DNA from: Lama guanicoe
Lineage: Eukaryota
Direction of reading: 5' to 3'
NCBI GenBank assembly: GCA_013239625.1
Contig: MU053216.1
Location: 62,001 to 126,000 of the forward strand
Length of the DNA: 64,000 nt
Every line of letters starts with the position of its first letter. The first letter of the stretch is position 1. Shown here one piece after another: positions 24,386 through 36,462 of the stretch. The notes under the pieces were generated by a model that was not told where the DNA came from, made no database searches, and was given only the letters and a program-made list of their open reading frames with translations. The translations under genes and the position numbers were made by a program.

Positions 24386-26138
24386 AATGATATAAAGAAA
24401 AGGAGGAGGAAAATCAGAAATAAAAATCTAAACTTAGAAAGAGTCTAGATAATAGAAATAAATCCAAATACCTTGTAAGGGGGCTAATTTTGATTGGTGT
24501 GATGTAAATAAGCGTATTGTCAAGAGCAGGGGGTCTGTAATTTCCACAAGTATCACTGAGGATGTCACTGTTTCAAGTGTATTTACCATCCCTAGGTTAG
24601 GGTGACTATTCAGTAGAGGGATGGAAGGACGTTTTAAATAATGGCTGACCTAACAGCAGGTGGAATGAATGCCAAAGAGGAAGGAAGAGAGGAAGAGATG
24701 GCAGCATTGAGTTTACTGCCAGGCAGTTCCACTGTAATCACTGATGGGCCCCCTTCAGTAGGACACACCATGTGACTTGTTTTGTTTAGGGCAGTGACAG
24801 GCAACGGGGCCCACGTCTGAGCCTTGTACATGTGAGGTTTCAAAGCACTCACTCGAATATTCACCCACACACCTTGGTCCCTGACGTTAGTCCCTGGCCA
24901 AAGGCATCCACTCTAGCACTGGCAGCTCAGCAAACCCCACTGCTGAGAGCAAAGAATACTTCCCAGAGTTCCAGGTTCACCTGGACTTGAGCCACCTGGG
25001 CCACCTGGGCATTTAGTTTAAAAATACTTCAGGATGCTTTCAAATGACATGGCTGGAGTCTAGTGGGTAAACAGGTGCAGGAATCCAGGGGTCACTGGCG
25101 AGGGACACAGTAACCTTGTCTTCCTGAGCTCCACCAGCAGGAAGTCATTACTGCTACAGATTTTCTAAGGCAAGAATTCAAGCCTCCAAGGCCAGCCGGC
25201 CCACACCAGGTGCAGTCACCTATCCACTGGGACGTGAGAACTGGAGATGACAGGTGCTTGAGTTCCCATGGAAGGTGCTGTGCATATAAGTAGGGAGGGC
25301 ATCACTGTGCGGCCCCCATCATCTTACACAACTAAACGCCAGCTTGCCCTCTCAAACTGGGAGAAGGCCCAGTGTGCTACACTTAGGTATTTAGAAGCAA
25401 AACCTCACCTCTGACACCAGACAGTTTGGGGAGAGGGACAATGTGTGTGTGTGCCCTGTATCGTAGAAAAAACATGAAACCACTACTGGGGGGGAAAAGT
25501 ATATGTGTGTGCTGCCTAAAATGCTGCTCTAATCACATCACTCCTCTGATCAAAGACGCTCAGTGGCACCCCAGAGCCAGTGCGATTACAAGCAAACTCT
25601 TCAGGCCAGCATCCAAGGCCCTAGCCCGCCTTCCATCTTTACTTACTTACAAGTCTTCTTCAAGCTGGTTCAGGCAGTCTGGGGCTTGGAGTCACCTGAC
25701 CTGGAGCAGTTGCCCCAGTCAAAGGGGAGGTAAGTTTCAATTACCTGCACCAGCAGTGCTCTCCGCACACCTGTCTGCCGCCCTTCCACCCAGCCGCACT
25801 GTGTCCTGCCTTAGAACCCCCAGCTCCCACCTCCACCCCCCGCACCCGGTTGCATCAGCACCTTTCCCTCTGTGGTGGCTGCGAACCTCAGGTGTGCGCC
25901 ACCCTCCAGTTACGCACTTTTCCAACAGGTCCGCGGTGTTCCCCATGTAATGACCTAAGACAACAACGGGATGGAGGCTCTCCCAAAGCTTTAACCTCTC
26001 AGTTCCGGCACACACTCCACTAGAGCAGAGAGGGTCGAGCTGGTGGGAGGACTCGGACCCAAGAGGCATTCCCTCCCTTGGGCTTTACAAACCCCCATGA
26101 CAGGCCAGGGCGGGGATAGTTCAGAAGCGGCAGCCCCA

Positions 26139-26171
26139 ATCGCTTCTCGGCCTTTTGGCTAAGATCAAGTG
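26139..26171 (+). pseudogene. RNU2: U2 snRNA 3'-truncated retropseudogene (nt 1-33)
   Basis: ATCGCTTCTCGGCCTTTTGGCTAAGATCAAGTG matches the U2 5' end; flanked by agaagcggcagcccca / aaaagcggcagccca direct repeats. Confidence 0.92.
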
Positions 26172-26199
26172 CAAAAGCGGCAGCCCAATAGCAGAGGGG

Positions 26200-27060
26200 A
26201 GAGGGACCTCACTGGGCGCCCGGCAGCAGAAGAGCACGCGGGGTGAGGGTGGCCCCGGCCCAATCGGAGCCGCGCTGGGCTGCAAGGTGGCAGCTGGGGA
26301 GATTTACGCCCCTCTAGCCTGCCGGTGCCGGGACTGGAGGAGCAGCACGGGGGTCTCCATGGCCGCCGGGTAGCGGGGAGTGGGGGCGCAGCTGCAGGTA
26401 GCCCGTCTGCTTCGAGGGCCCTCCGCACACTTCACCTATTGGAACAGCCGTGGTAGGGGGTCTGGGGGCGCTCAGGGAGTCTGCGGTGCGCAGGCCGCAG
26501 GGCCCTGGGGAGCTCGTGGAGACGGCAGGAGCCCCTTCCCGCCAGGGGCGCATGCGCTGGAGGAGTCCCGGGCGCCCTGGCCTGGACACCGGGATCCTTC
26601 CCGCCCCCAGCACGGCCCCGCAGCCGAGTGCCCGGGGCTCCCTCAAGTCTGTCCAGTTCTGACTCCTGCTAGAGGTCAGAGGCCCCCGAGCTTCGGCCCT
26701 AGCTGACCAGAGGTGCTCCTGGTGCCAGGGAGGGAGGCCTCTGCGCTCCTCTCCGCGGTCGGCTCCCTATACACGGACGCGAAGTCCCTCCGTTGGACGA
26801 AGAACCCACGTGTGTACACAGCCCCGCCGCCTCTCGGGAAACTCTGGCCGCGACCCCTGTCCGGAGCCCCTGCAAAGGCTCTGAGGCTGTCCTTAGGGTA
26901 GCTCCTAACGAAACTGTCAAACTGCTACGGGTCCGGGAGAACCCCCTGCGCTGGGAGGAGGAAGTCTTTCTAACTGATCCGCTCTGGCGGCAACGGCAGC
27001 GGGCGGACCTGACTCAGGAGTCTGCCCATCGCCGCCGGACTCGCCTGAGTGAGGAGTTCT
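26200..27060. promoter_or_regulatory. Orphan CpG island / promoter remnant
   Basis: Dense CpG; CCAAT near 26260, ATTGG near 26438, perfect NRF1 palindrome GCGCATGCGC at 26548-26557; no intact gene adjacent. Confidence 0.65.
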
Positions 27061-27594
27061 GACTGGTGAGGTGAATCTTCTGCCTCTGTGGTGACCCCTG
27101 AGCAGCCCTCATCTGGATTAACTCAGCTGCACTGCAGAGGCCCAGACAAGTGTCCAGAGTAGAACACCCCCCAGAAGGGGACAGTGTGAGTGCGCTTTCC
27201 AACCGACCCTGACTCCAGAGCCTCTGCCTCTGTGAACCCACAGACCTGCACTTAGCCTTCTGCCCGCAGGGTGTGGCGCACACAGGGCCCTGGCGTGGAG
27301 ACCCCTTCTGCACGGGGTCCAGTGTTAGACGCTTCCGGGACTGTCTTGGCCTGCGAGCCTCTGAGCCTTCCCTAGCCACCTTGGCCAGCGGACACGGCAC
27401 TGGCCAGGTGTTTGGCTGCTTGGTCTTGGTTTTCTTTAGTTCCTGCCCCTGAAGACCTCAAGCCCTGAGTAAATGAAAAATGAGGGCCTTATACGTGGGG
27501 GGCCTGGAAAGGGAGCCCAGTCTGCTAGGCTGCAGCTTTCAGGGAGGATTTCAGGGCCCCTCCCTCCTCTTGGAGCTTTGCTCTGCTTCCCCAG

Positions 27595-27765
27595 CCCCTT
27601 GCCCCCACCTGTGGGCCGGTGGGCAGTGCCAGCCCGAGGGCACCGCACCCAGGGACATGGCCTAGGGACCCATGAGGACCCCTCCAACACACTGTCTTCA
27701 GTAATACCTGAGCTGATGAGCACAGCACAAAGCTGACGTTGTGGACCTGGGGCTTTCTGTCCTGG
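27595..27765 (+). pseudogene. TUBA5P: Alpha-tubulin unprocessed pseudogene, exon 2 remnant
   Basis: ccccag| ... QPEGTAPRDMA*..DPSNT..FSNT*ADEH..VDLGLSVL(G)|gtgagt versus QPDGQMPSDK..DSFNTFFSETGAGKH..VDLEPTVID; phase-1 donor at the canonical alpha-tubulin position; symbol assigned from recalled human synteny. Confidence 0.75.
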
Positions 27766-28501
27766 GTGAGTGGGCACCTGGGGCCCCCTCCCCACCCAAA
27801 GTCAGGGGAGCTCCACACAGGGGGGGAGCTCCACACAGGGAGGGAGCTCTTGGAGTGCAGCAGTGAGGCTGAGCTCCTGTGAAACTGTCTTCAGGAAGGG
27901 GCCCTGCTCCCTGGCAAACAGCTCTGCCCAGAAACTGCCAACTATTTGAGTTGGGGTCAGACCCAGAATGGAGACCGAAATAAAGAGCAGATATGAAAGT
28001 GGAAACTGTAAACTTCCTTTCCTTCCCTCGGACTCTTGAGGACAGCAGAACCAGGGCTGAGGACACTCCCACGTCCCCGCTCAGCCTGAACTGGGACACC
28101 CCGATGGGATGTGGGCCCCCATGAACTCAGCTGCTGTTGGCTCCTGGGGGTCCCCTGCTGCCTCCTTTCTGCATCTAGATCTCCTCTGTTTCCTGTTCCT
28201 GAAAACCCCTCCCCCATCTTTCTGATGACCTGTTGTAGACAGTAAACTATGGGCTGGGTTTTCTACACTAGTCTGTGTTCTTATCCCAATCAGAAGTCCA
28301 TGAGATTCCCCTAAACACCCCTGATTCCTCAACAAGCAGGATGGAGTGTCTGTGATCAAAGGAGGGGCCTGGAAGGGACCCCAGACTCCCCTCACTGGCC
28401 AGGCGGGACTGGTTTGGAAATGGGCCTCAGGTGCCCTCATGCCCTGTTGTGGGTCCCTTGGGGGCTCAGCCTCCCTGTGTCCTTGTGCTCATGTCCTCAA
28501 G

Positions 28502-28624
28502 GTAGGTAAGAACCAGCACTCCCAGGCACCCACCCTGAGCACCTGCCATTGGGCAAGGAAGACCCAAGGCCACTGCTCGTGGGAAGGGAGCTCCTCCACC
28601 AGGTGCTGGAGGGATCGGACACTG
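28502..28624 (+). pseudogene. TUBA5P: Alpha-tubulin unprocessed pseudogene, exon 3 remnant
   Basis: VRTST..HPEH..GKED..VGRELLHQVLE versus VRTGT..HPEQLITGKED..IGKEIIDLVLD; donor decayed to gggag. Confidence 0.75.
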
Positions 28625-29940
28625 GGGAGCAGACCATGTGCCCCTGGCCCCTGCAGGAGATCAGTGTGTCCGCAGCCCCTTCCCTGGCCCAGGAGGCTGG
28701 ATACGTGCGGGAGAAAGGGAACCACAGGTGTGGGCTGTGGCTAGTGCCAGCAGTGTCCACATGGCTCCTCTGGCCTCTGTCCACTTGGTTTCCCCTGGGA
28801 CAGCTGTGTGTCTGCTTGTGGATCCAGGGTTAGAAGCCTGAACAGCTGGCCCTGCCCTGGGTCTCTGGATTCAGGCTCTGCCCAGCTGGCTCCTCGCTTT
28901 GCTGGCCTGATTTCTGACCCCAGCCGCCTTTGGTTCTGATCCGCATCTAGCCCAACAGGTCAGGGGAAGCTGCCCTGATGCTCTGCTTGTCCTTAGACTC
29001 CTGAGCAGGGCTTTCCAGCGGGGAGAGGCTCCTGCTTACCTCCAAGCCCTTCCCCATTTCACCCCGTCCCCTGCCCCAGGAGCAAGAGCCAGGGGGTGAG
29101 GCCAGCAGGGAACCAGCAGTTGGTGCTGGACCTCTAGAGTGTTGTCCAGGTGCTCCCTTTTGCTCAGACTGAGGACTCAAGTGACCTGAGGACATAAAGC
29201 GCCCCTAGGCTTAGACTTTTCTTAAAAGGAGAATTTTCTTTTTTTCAGTCATCACTTCGCATAAATCTACTTTTCTTTTCTTTTTTTTTTGCTTTTTTTA
29301 AAGTTTATTTTTATTGATATAAAATTGACAGGTAACATTATGTTAGTTTTGGGTATACAATGTAACTTGATAGCGTGTATATATGGTGAACAAATGGAAA
29401 ATTTTTATATTGTCACTAGCATGTGTCTGGTACAGGTGGATGCTTTTCTAGTCCGAGGAACACCAAGGGCACCTGTTACAGCTGCAGGCTCCTGGGTTGC
29501 AGTCTGAGGTAGGGCCTGAGAATCTGCATGTTCTACGAGATACCCCACCCTCACTCCCCTGCAGCGAGGTAGCAAAGCTCTGACCACACTCCCTGCATCC
29601 CCTGACCCACAGCACAGCCTTCCAGGTCCTGTGTCTCCCCAGAACTCCATGCCCCCTGTGGGCATTGTCTTGTCACTTCTGAAGAGTGAAAAGAAGGGGT
29701 GGGAATTCCTGTATTTGGCCTGGCTTCTCTCCAGGTGTATAACATTGTCAATCACTCACTGTACAAACAATAAAATGTATGCAGTTAAGCGTAACATATG
29801 CCTCAGAGTCTTGTTTTTTAAACTACAGAAGTGGATACAGTTGTAGAGCTCACAGTGGCTTTCCAGACAGAGAAGGGCTCTGTCGAGAGAGGAGAGCTGG
29901 GGCAGGTGACGTACCATCCACATCCTCAGTGTCACCCTGG

Positions 29941-30513
29941 ATGGACCAGGGCTCCGGCTTCTGGTTCCAGGTCTCCTGACATCCACAGCTTTGGGGGCAC
30001 TGGCTTAGGACCCCCTCCCTGCTGACATGGCAGGAAGCCATGAGTTTGCTCCTTCCCCAGCCCCCAAGTGTCCACAGAAGATGTCGGATCCTTACAGCTC
30101 CAACCTGACCACCGGGGGCACCCAGACTCTACCATGATGGTGGACGTGAGGCCATCCATGATACCTGTCGCCCCAACCTAGACATCGAGCGTCCCACCCA
30201 CACCTACCTCAGCTGGCTCATCACCACCCCACTGCTTCAAGGGTGTTCTGGATGTGGACCTCACAAGCCCCAGACCCACCTGGTACCCCTAGTCAGCAAC
30301 ACACCTGTTGTCTTGGCTACGAAGGATAGCCAGGAGGAGCTCTCAGTGTCCAGGTCACCACTGCCTTCTGTGAACCCTCCAGGCAGAGGTCAAATGTGGC
30401 CTTCGCCGTGGCAGACCCACGGTGGGTATGGTGCGGAAGGGTGTGAGTGCCTCTGTGGCTGTGGTGGAGACCAGGCACTCATCTGGCTGGGGCTGGTGCC
30501 CATGGCTCCCAGG
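29941..30513 (+). pseudogene. TUBA5P: Alpha-tubulin unprocessed pseudogene, exon 4 remnant
   Basis: With frameshifts: DQGSGF..HSFGGTG..DPYSSNLTT..HPDSTMMVD.EAIHDTCRPNLDIERPTHTYLSWLI..LDVDLT..QTHLVP..EELSV..CEPSRQ.VKC..WCP; matches alpha-tubulin about aa 126-352; ends at gcaagt. Confidence 0.9.
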
Positions 30514-31688
30514 GCAAGTGGGGATGTAGGGAGGGGTCAGCAAGCAGCCTGTGTGCCCACCAGGAGGGGAGGGTCCCGCAGAGCTGTCAGCATGGAAACA
30601 AGTGCCGAGGGGAGAACTGGGCAAGAGCAGCTCCGAAGGCTGTCTTCCACTTAACAGATCTCGGCCTATCTCAAACCCAGACTTTGGCCTGTGTGCCAAG
30701 GCTGGTTCTACTGGAAGTTTGCACTGACGAAAGGAAAAGTATGTGTCATGTGTGTCAGCCTGGCAGACAGGCGTCCTGGGCATGCCAGTCAGGCTGGGGC
30801 AGGGCCCGCACCATCCACCTGCTGGGGACACACCCACTGACTGTGGCTCCTGCTTCAAAGGGGTCAGGGATGCAGAAAGGCCTGCCATTTAGACAGTGGG
30901 CAGAGCAGGGCAGAAGGTCTGTGAATACCGTCTCTTCGAGTAACTGGTACGCACTGCCCGAGGGGCTGGGGCACGTGGCATGGTTTTGTTCCAGAGGAGA
31001 TTGTCACAAGGTTTTATATTTTTTAAACTATTAATTTTCTAAATTCCAGGAAAGTGATGAGACTGGTACAATTAACGCCCATGTCCCTACAACCCGGATT
31101 CAACATCTAAGTGTAAAGTGTTTATTTTGCTCTGCTGACCCAGTTACACTCACAGCTACTTCGTAACACACAAGTCTGTTTTTGTCACTGACAAGGCTAA
31201 TAACGCTTCCCTAAAGCAACACCTAGTCAGTAGTCCAACCTTCCCAGTGGCCACAACATTTTTAGTCAGTTTTCCAAAGTTAGGGTATAATCAAGGAGCA
31301 GGCGTTGTATTTATTTGTGTCTTAAATCTTATAATGTAAATCAGTCACCCTTTCTCTTGACTGTGACTCGAAGGGACCAGTCTTGTGGTCTTGAAAATCC
31401 CACACTCTGTTTCCTGGTGGTGGCGAGCACGCAGCTCTGTTCCCACGTTTCTCCCCGGCTGGTAGTGCTGACACCAGGTGACTGCCCATGAAGAGGGGGC
31501 ACGGGGTCCAGAGATGGCAAGGATGGGGGTGAGGACCAGGGGTGCCGACGCCCTCTCCCCCCAACATTGCATCTCCTCCCACTGTTCCCTACACCCTGCA
31601 GATGCAGTCTATTCTGCACATGGTGTGGAACTGTAAAGACCCTGCCCATCCTTCCCAACATCCTTGCTCCCCTTCCAAGTTAAGGCAG

Positions 31689-31860
31689 GTGGCCTCTGCC
31701 TCCAGGAGTGTCAGGTGGAGGCCTGGACCCACGGTCCTGGGTGAGCCGACCCTCCCAGCAGGCATTCAGGGCTCAGAAACCGCCTCAAGAAAGGTGAGCT
31801 GACTAGGGGTTCTGGCCGAAGCTTCTGGGAGTGTGTCGGCCCTGGAGCCGGACACCGGAC
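31689..31860 (+). pseudogene. Possible alpha-tubulin exon 5 remnant
   Basis: Colinear fragments EAW, DL, QQAF, LKKGELT, SALEPD versus EAW..DL..KRAF..MEEGEFS..AALEKD; very degraded. Confidence 0.4.
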
Positions 31861-34775
31861 ACTGGAAAGACTGTCTCAGTCCCTCAGTGGGAAAGGATCA
31901 GCCCCTGTCCTCCCCTCTCACGGCAGCAGAGGGCAGTAGAGAATGCACAGCATCTCTCAGGCCAGTGGGCACAAGGACACTACCTGATGCGTTATTAAGG
32001 CACAGGGTCCAGGAACCAAAAGACCAGGTCTTTAGCTACAAATACGAAGTAACTTATAAAGTGCCCATGAGCCTTGTGGGTGAGGATGTCCATATCTTTT
32101 GCACTCAAAGGGGCCCCAAAGAGACAGGAACTACTGTTCTAGGGCCCAGCCACACAATCTGGGAGGTCAAGGCCCTGTCAGTAAAGGGCCTGGCAGGAGT
32201 TCCATGCTAACCTGGACGCCCCTCGAGCACAGCCCCGGTCCAGGCGGCCTGAGAGGGCCCCTCAGGGAGGCAGGAGTGGCCCCGTGCTCTCCAAAAGGAA
32301 GACCCTCGAGCAGAGCCCAGCCCAGAGTCCCCAGAAGGGTGGCCTGTGATCTGGGCCTGGGTTTACTGCTCTGACTTTTGGACACTCATTTCTAGCATGT
32401 AACTTGGGGTGTGCGTCTGCACCAGTGAGAGAGCACTGCCTGGAAGTATCACCAGTGGCCTTGCCTTGGGTTCAGGGGAGGAGTTACTAGCACTAATCTA
32501 GGCACTGACCCCAACGTCAGTGAGTCCTGCTTGACTGACCCCTGGGAGGGGTTTGCTAAGAGGGTGGTGCCCAGGCACCCTGCCTGTGACTGCTGCAGGT
32601 GGGGGCCGGCAGTCCCAGGCGGTGGGTCTCTGGTTCCTCAGGGCAGAGGTCTGACGGTCTCCCACCCGACAAGGCCCTCAGCCTCCCTTATTGGATTGTC
32701 TTCATTTTACAAAGCCCAGCTCTGACCCTACCTGAGTCTTCCTGACCTGTACCCACTTCCTTCCATTCTAGGGAACAGTCTCCTTTGCTATAGCTGTAAG
32801 CTTTCTGTTTTAGAACCTAACCTCCTGATTCCTCTAGGACCCTGGAGCCCAGGCTGGGGGGAGTTAAGGTATAGGAGGAAGGGAGGAGTTTAGAAAAACC
32901 TGCCTGGTGCCCTGTCAAGGCTCTGGGTCTGTGTCTGGTGGGAACGTCCAGCCTGCTCCAGTTCCTTTCAAATTACAGAGCCCTTGGTGGGGTGAGGATG
33001 GAGAAAGTACTGCCTTGGGAGTTGTGGTCTGAAACCAGACACTTGGAATCTTAACAAGGCTCTACTTAACACACGAGCACAGCGTGAGCATTACTGTTGC
33101 TAGGCTGGGCTTTTCTCAAAGATGCTGCTAGTGGAGATGGCGACTGCTGGACTGTGGTCCTGGCCACAGCAAGGTCTGAGCCCAGATGACCACCTGCGGG
33201 CACCATGGCCTTCCCTCTGCACCTGACCCAGCACCCAGGAGCCCTGCGGGAAGCTGGCTCCATGGAGAGTAGGTGGTTATCCTGCTGGTGATCCAGGCAG
33301 AAGACTAGAGGGAATGAGCCTAGAGCACATGGCCTATAATACAGGCTAAGCCAAAATGCACTCGGATGGGACGGGAGACACGACTGACTCTCTCTCAGTG
33401 GTGCCTGGTTTCAAGCTGGTTCCTCACCTGAGCTGTGTCTGAGGTAGCTGAGGGGGCCTTTAGAGCTGACCTCTCCAGGGGTAGATTTGGATGCACCTGT
33501 TGGATGCGTTAACAGGTTTCTTCACGTATAAGGTGAAGGACCGGATCCTGGGTCTAACTGTTCCTTCGCGAAGATTTTTCCGTCTCCTGACCCCCAGGTC
33601 TTCCCTGACTCCCCACCTCCATAACTCTCCAGGCCTTCCGACCCTCAGCCCTTTGGGGATCTGTGATGTGACCAGCACTGTGCACGGTCCCTCTGCCTCT
33701 GGCAAGGAACCTGCCTGGCGCTCCTCCTGTCTTCCTTCAAGCTCCTTTGAATTGGGATGAAAAGTGTGCACAGTGTGCCCAGATGATGCAGGCAGCCCAG
33801 CCCAGCCACAGGAAGGCGTCTGGGAGGCAGACACTGGGGGTGGCAGGGTGCTCAAGGCCGAGACTGCTGCAGGAAAGGAATGGAACATACTCTTTATTCT
33901 TTAGCATTCACAGCACATTCAGCTGTTCCAACACCATTTGTTGGAAAGACTATTATTTTACCCACAGAACTGTCGATGGCCTTTGACAAACTGGTCCTTT
34001 CTTAGTCCTGTGGCTTCACCTTCTACCCCACCCCTGCTCCAGCTGGCCCCCCACCTCAGTCCCACTAAATGGTGCGCTTTCCCGAATGAGCGGTGCTCCT
34101 TCTCGGCTTGGGCCCACTTCTCTGCATGCCACTGCCTTCACTAGTAAAGCTCCCGAGCTCCCTTCCCCTCCTGGCTATCTTCTCCCATCACCTGGCAGGT
34201 CTAGGCTTAGTCATCGCGTCTTTCCAGAAAGCCTTTCCTAAGCGCCCAATACAGTTTTGGCAGAGATGTGTGCTCCCCAAAGACCCTGTGTTTCTCAACC
34301 CAAAATGAGTTTTCTGTCCTCAACACATAGTAGGGATTCAATAATTCTGAGGAATGGATGAACCCCAGAGGTCAGGGAAGAAGACTTTCAAGGAGTAAGC
34401 CTAGTTTATAGTGTATTGCTGCAGAGAGTTAAGGAGAATGAGGTCTGGAAAAATGCCACCAGGTTTTGACTATCTTGTCCTTACGGTTTCAGCATTACTG
34501 TGGAGGCAGAGGCCAGTGTGGGGGTTAAGGAGTGAACTATTGATGAGAAAGTGAACTATTTATGCCCAAGTTTGTTTGTGAGGATTGGCACATGGAACAG
34601 CTTAGAGGGGCAGAGTTAAGGGGTTAATTTTATTGCCGTCCATCCACCTGCAGCATTCCAGATCTTGACAGTTTGACTTCTAAAGAGAATCTCTTTCTTG
34701 GTTCTTACGGCATCAGTTCCAGGGCCTCCCAATTCACCCTCCTGTTACACCTCACCTCTAACTATGTGTGTTTGT

Positions 34776-34801
34776 ACACACACACACACACACACACACA
34801 C
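34776..34801. repeat. (CA)n microsatellite
   Basis: About 13 AC units. Confidence 0.9.
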
Positions 34802-35057
34802 CCTGTATTTGTGCTGATCTCAGCTGCAAGAATAGAAAAATTCTGAGAGTGACCAAGGCCTTTCCCCAAATGGGGCTAAGCTGTATCTAGCCCAGGAAAA
34901 GATGTCCTGTAAGAGCCGCTTGTTTGGGTGTAAAAAGGAAAGAACGAGTCTGCCATCTTGGAGGACCAGAAGAATGCCAGAGCTTTCTCTCAGCCCTTTG
35001 CTCCCTGCATCTCCCCTGTGGCACTCAGATAGGCGGGAACGAAATGGCTCCAAGAAT

Positions 35058-36231
35058 CTAACTTCTCATCGTGTTGATGGATCTCTTGTCCAGAGCTGCT
35101 TCCATGTCTCTGGCCTTTTCCTCCCGGAGGTAAGTGCGCCTGACGATGAGACCGCCAAGCTGAGTAACGTTCACCATCAGCCTCGCACAGCTCACCTCAG
35201 ACCCCGTGCTCTTCAGAAGTATCTCCTGGTCCAGCTGCCCTTCCAAGAGGTGGCCCAGCAGGGCAAAGCCGGTGCAGTGCTGTGCTGTCCCCTCCAGGCT
35301 GTAGCCTAGCTCCACCTGCCCCTTGTCCAGGGCATGGTTCCCATCCAGGATGGTGCCCATCAGCACCTGTACCCTTGTCAAGTTGCCGGGTGGTTGAGGA
35401 TGACTGTCAGGTGGTTCCCTGCACTAACACTGCAGGTCCAAAAGAACGACCCGTCCAGAGTGTAGGCCTCCCAGGGGAAATGAACACGGAAGACCTTCAT
35501 ACCCGTGAAAACGGTTCCTGGTGGATTATTGGGATCGTAGGGGCCCCTTCTCTGGGCTCTCAGGGCCTTCTGGCTGTCGTTAGAGGTGTGATAGGGCATC
35601 CTGTGGTAGAAGAGGAAAGGTCAGCAGAGGATTGGGTTCTTCTGGGCCAAGATGGCACGGAAATGTGGGATGAGCCGGTCCAGAGGCTTTTCCTTGTGGA
35701 AGAGGAGGAGGAAGTGGGCCAGGACTGGGAGGTCCCTGTTGTGGAAGAGTTTCCCAAGGAAGCCCATGTTGGAGAACTCCAGGAGCACCCAGGGTTCAGA
35801 CTTCAGGGTGTGCACCTTCCAGTGGATGTGAGTAATGAAGCTGGGGTACACAGGACATTGTCCTCCAGCAGCAGGAAGTATTCGGAGAGCTTTGAGGCAA
35901 AACTCATGAGGAAGGCGTGGTCTACATTCTGCTTCGAGTTCAGCCCCTTGCGATCGATCGGCCTTGTCACTGACACCACCCTCGCTGAGGTAGGCGTCGG
36001 TTGGAGCATGGTGCAGCAGCAGCTGCCCCGCCAGGATCTGTGGGCTGAAGAGGCTCGACATGTGGAGGACGGTCTCTCGGAGCCAGGTGAGGTCAGAATC
36101 CGCCAGGTGGACCAGCACCGTGAGGTGTTTCTGCTCCACCTTAGAGGTAGCATGGAACAGGGAAAGCAGTGTGTAGAAGAGGCTGCTCCGGTCTGGCCGG
36201 GGCCCCGCAGAGATCCCCACCGTTAGCCACG
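35058..36231 (-). pseudogene. MGAT4EP: MGAT4E-like (GT54 family GlcNAc-transferase IV) pseudogene, large last coding exon
   Basis: tccctag| then (T)WLTVGIS..LTVLVHLADSD..SKQNVDHAFLMSF..YFLLLEDNV..WVLLEFSNMGFLGKLFH..DLPVLAHFLLLF..PNNPPGTVFT..; three frameshifts and one in-frame TGA (35621-35623). Confidence 0.88.
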
Positions 36232-36314
36232 CTAGGGAGAGGGAACGGCGTGGTCAGCGAGCGATGAGCAGGGGACGGCCTCCCTCCCTTCCCCTCCACA
36301 GAGGGGATGCTCAG

Positions 36315-36462
36315 ATCTGTGCTACTCAAACGGTGGTCCTCAGTCCAGCAACATTAGTCTCACCTGGAAGCTTATTAGAAATGCAGAATCTAGTGAAAAA
36401 GAATCTACATTTTAACAACATTAGCAGGTGCCTCGTGTGCACGTTAAAGTTTGACAAGAGCT
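36315..36462. mobile_element. MER5A-like hAT DNA transposon remnant
   Basis: gctactcaaacggtggtcc...cacctggaagcttattagaaatgcagaatc...attttaacaa...cacgttaaagtttga. Confidence 0.7.

Noticed and set aside
32590..32700. Alternative candidate for tubulin exon 5 (cag|gtgggg..AVPGG)
   Set aside because: Only a 4-5 residue resemblance with no downstream colinear motifs; the 31689-31860 candidate fits better.
33460..33888. CpG-containing stretch with 89-142 aa ORFs
   Set aside because: No recognisable protein family in any frame and no convincing pair of splice sites.
35282..36226. 314-aa + strand ORF
   Set aside because: It lies exactly antisense to the MGAT4E-like exon, starts at a non-ATG codon and has no recognisable domain; best explained as a shadow ORF.
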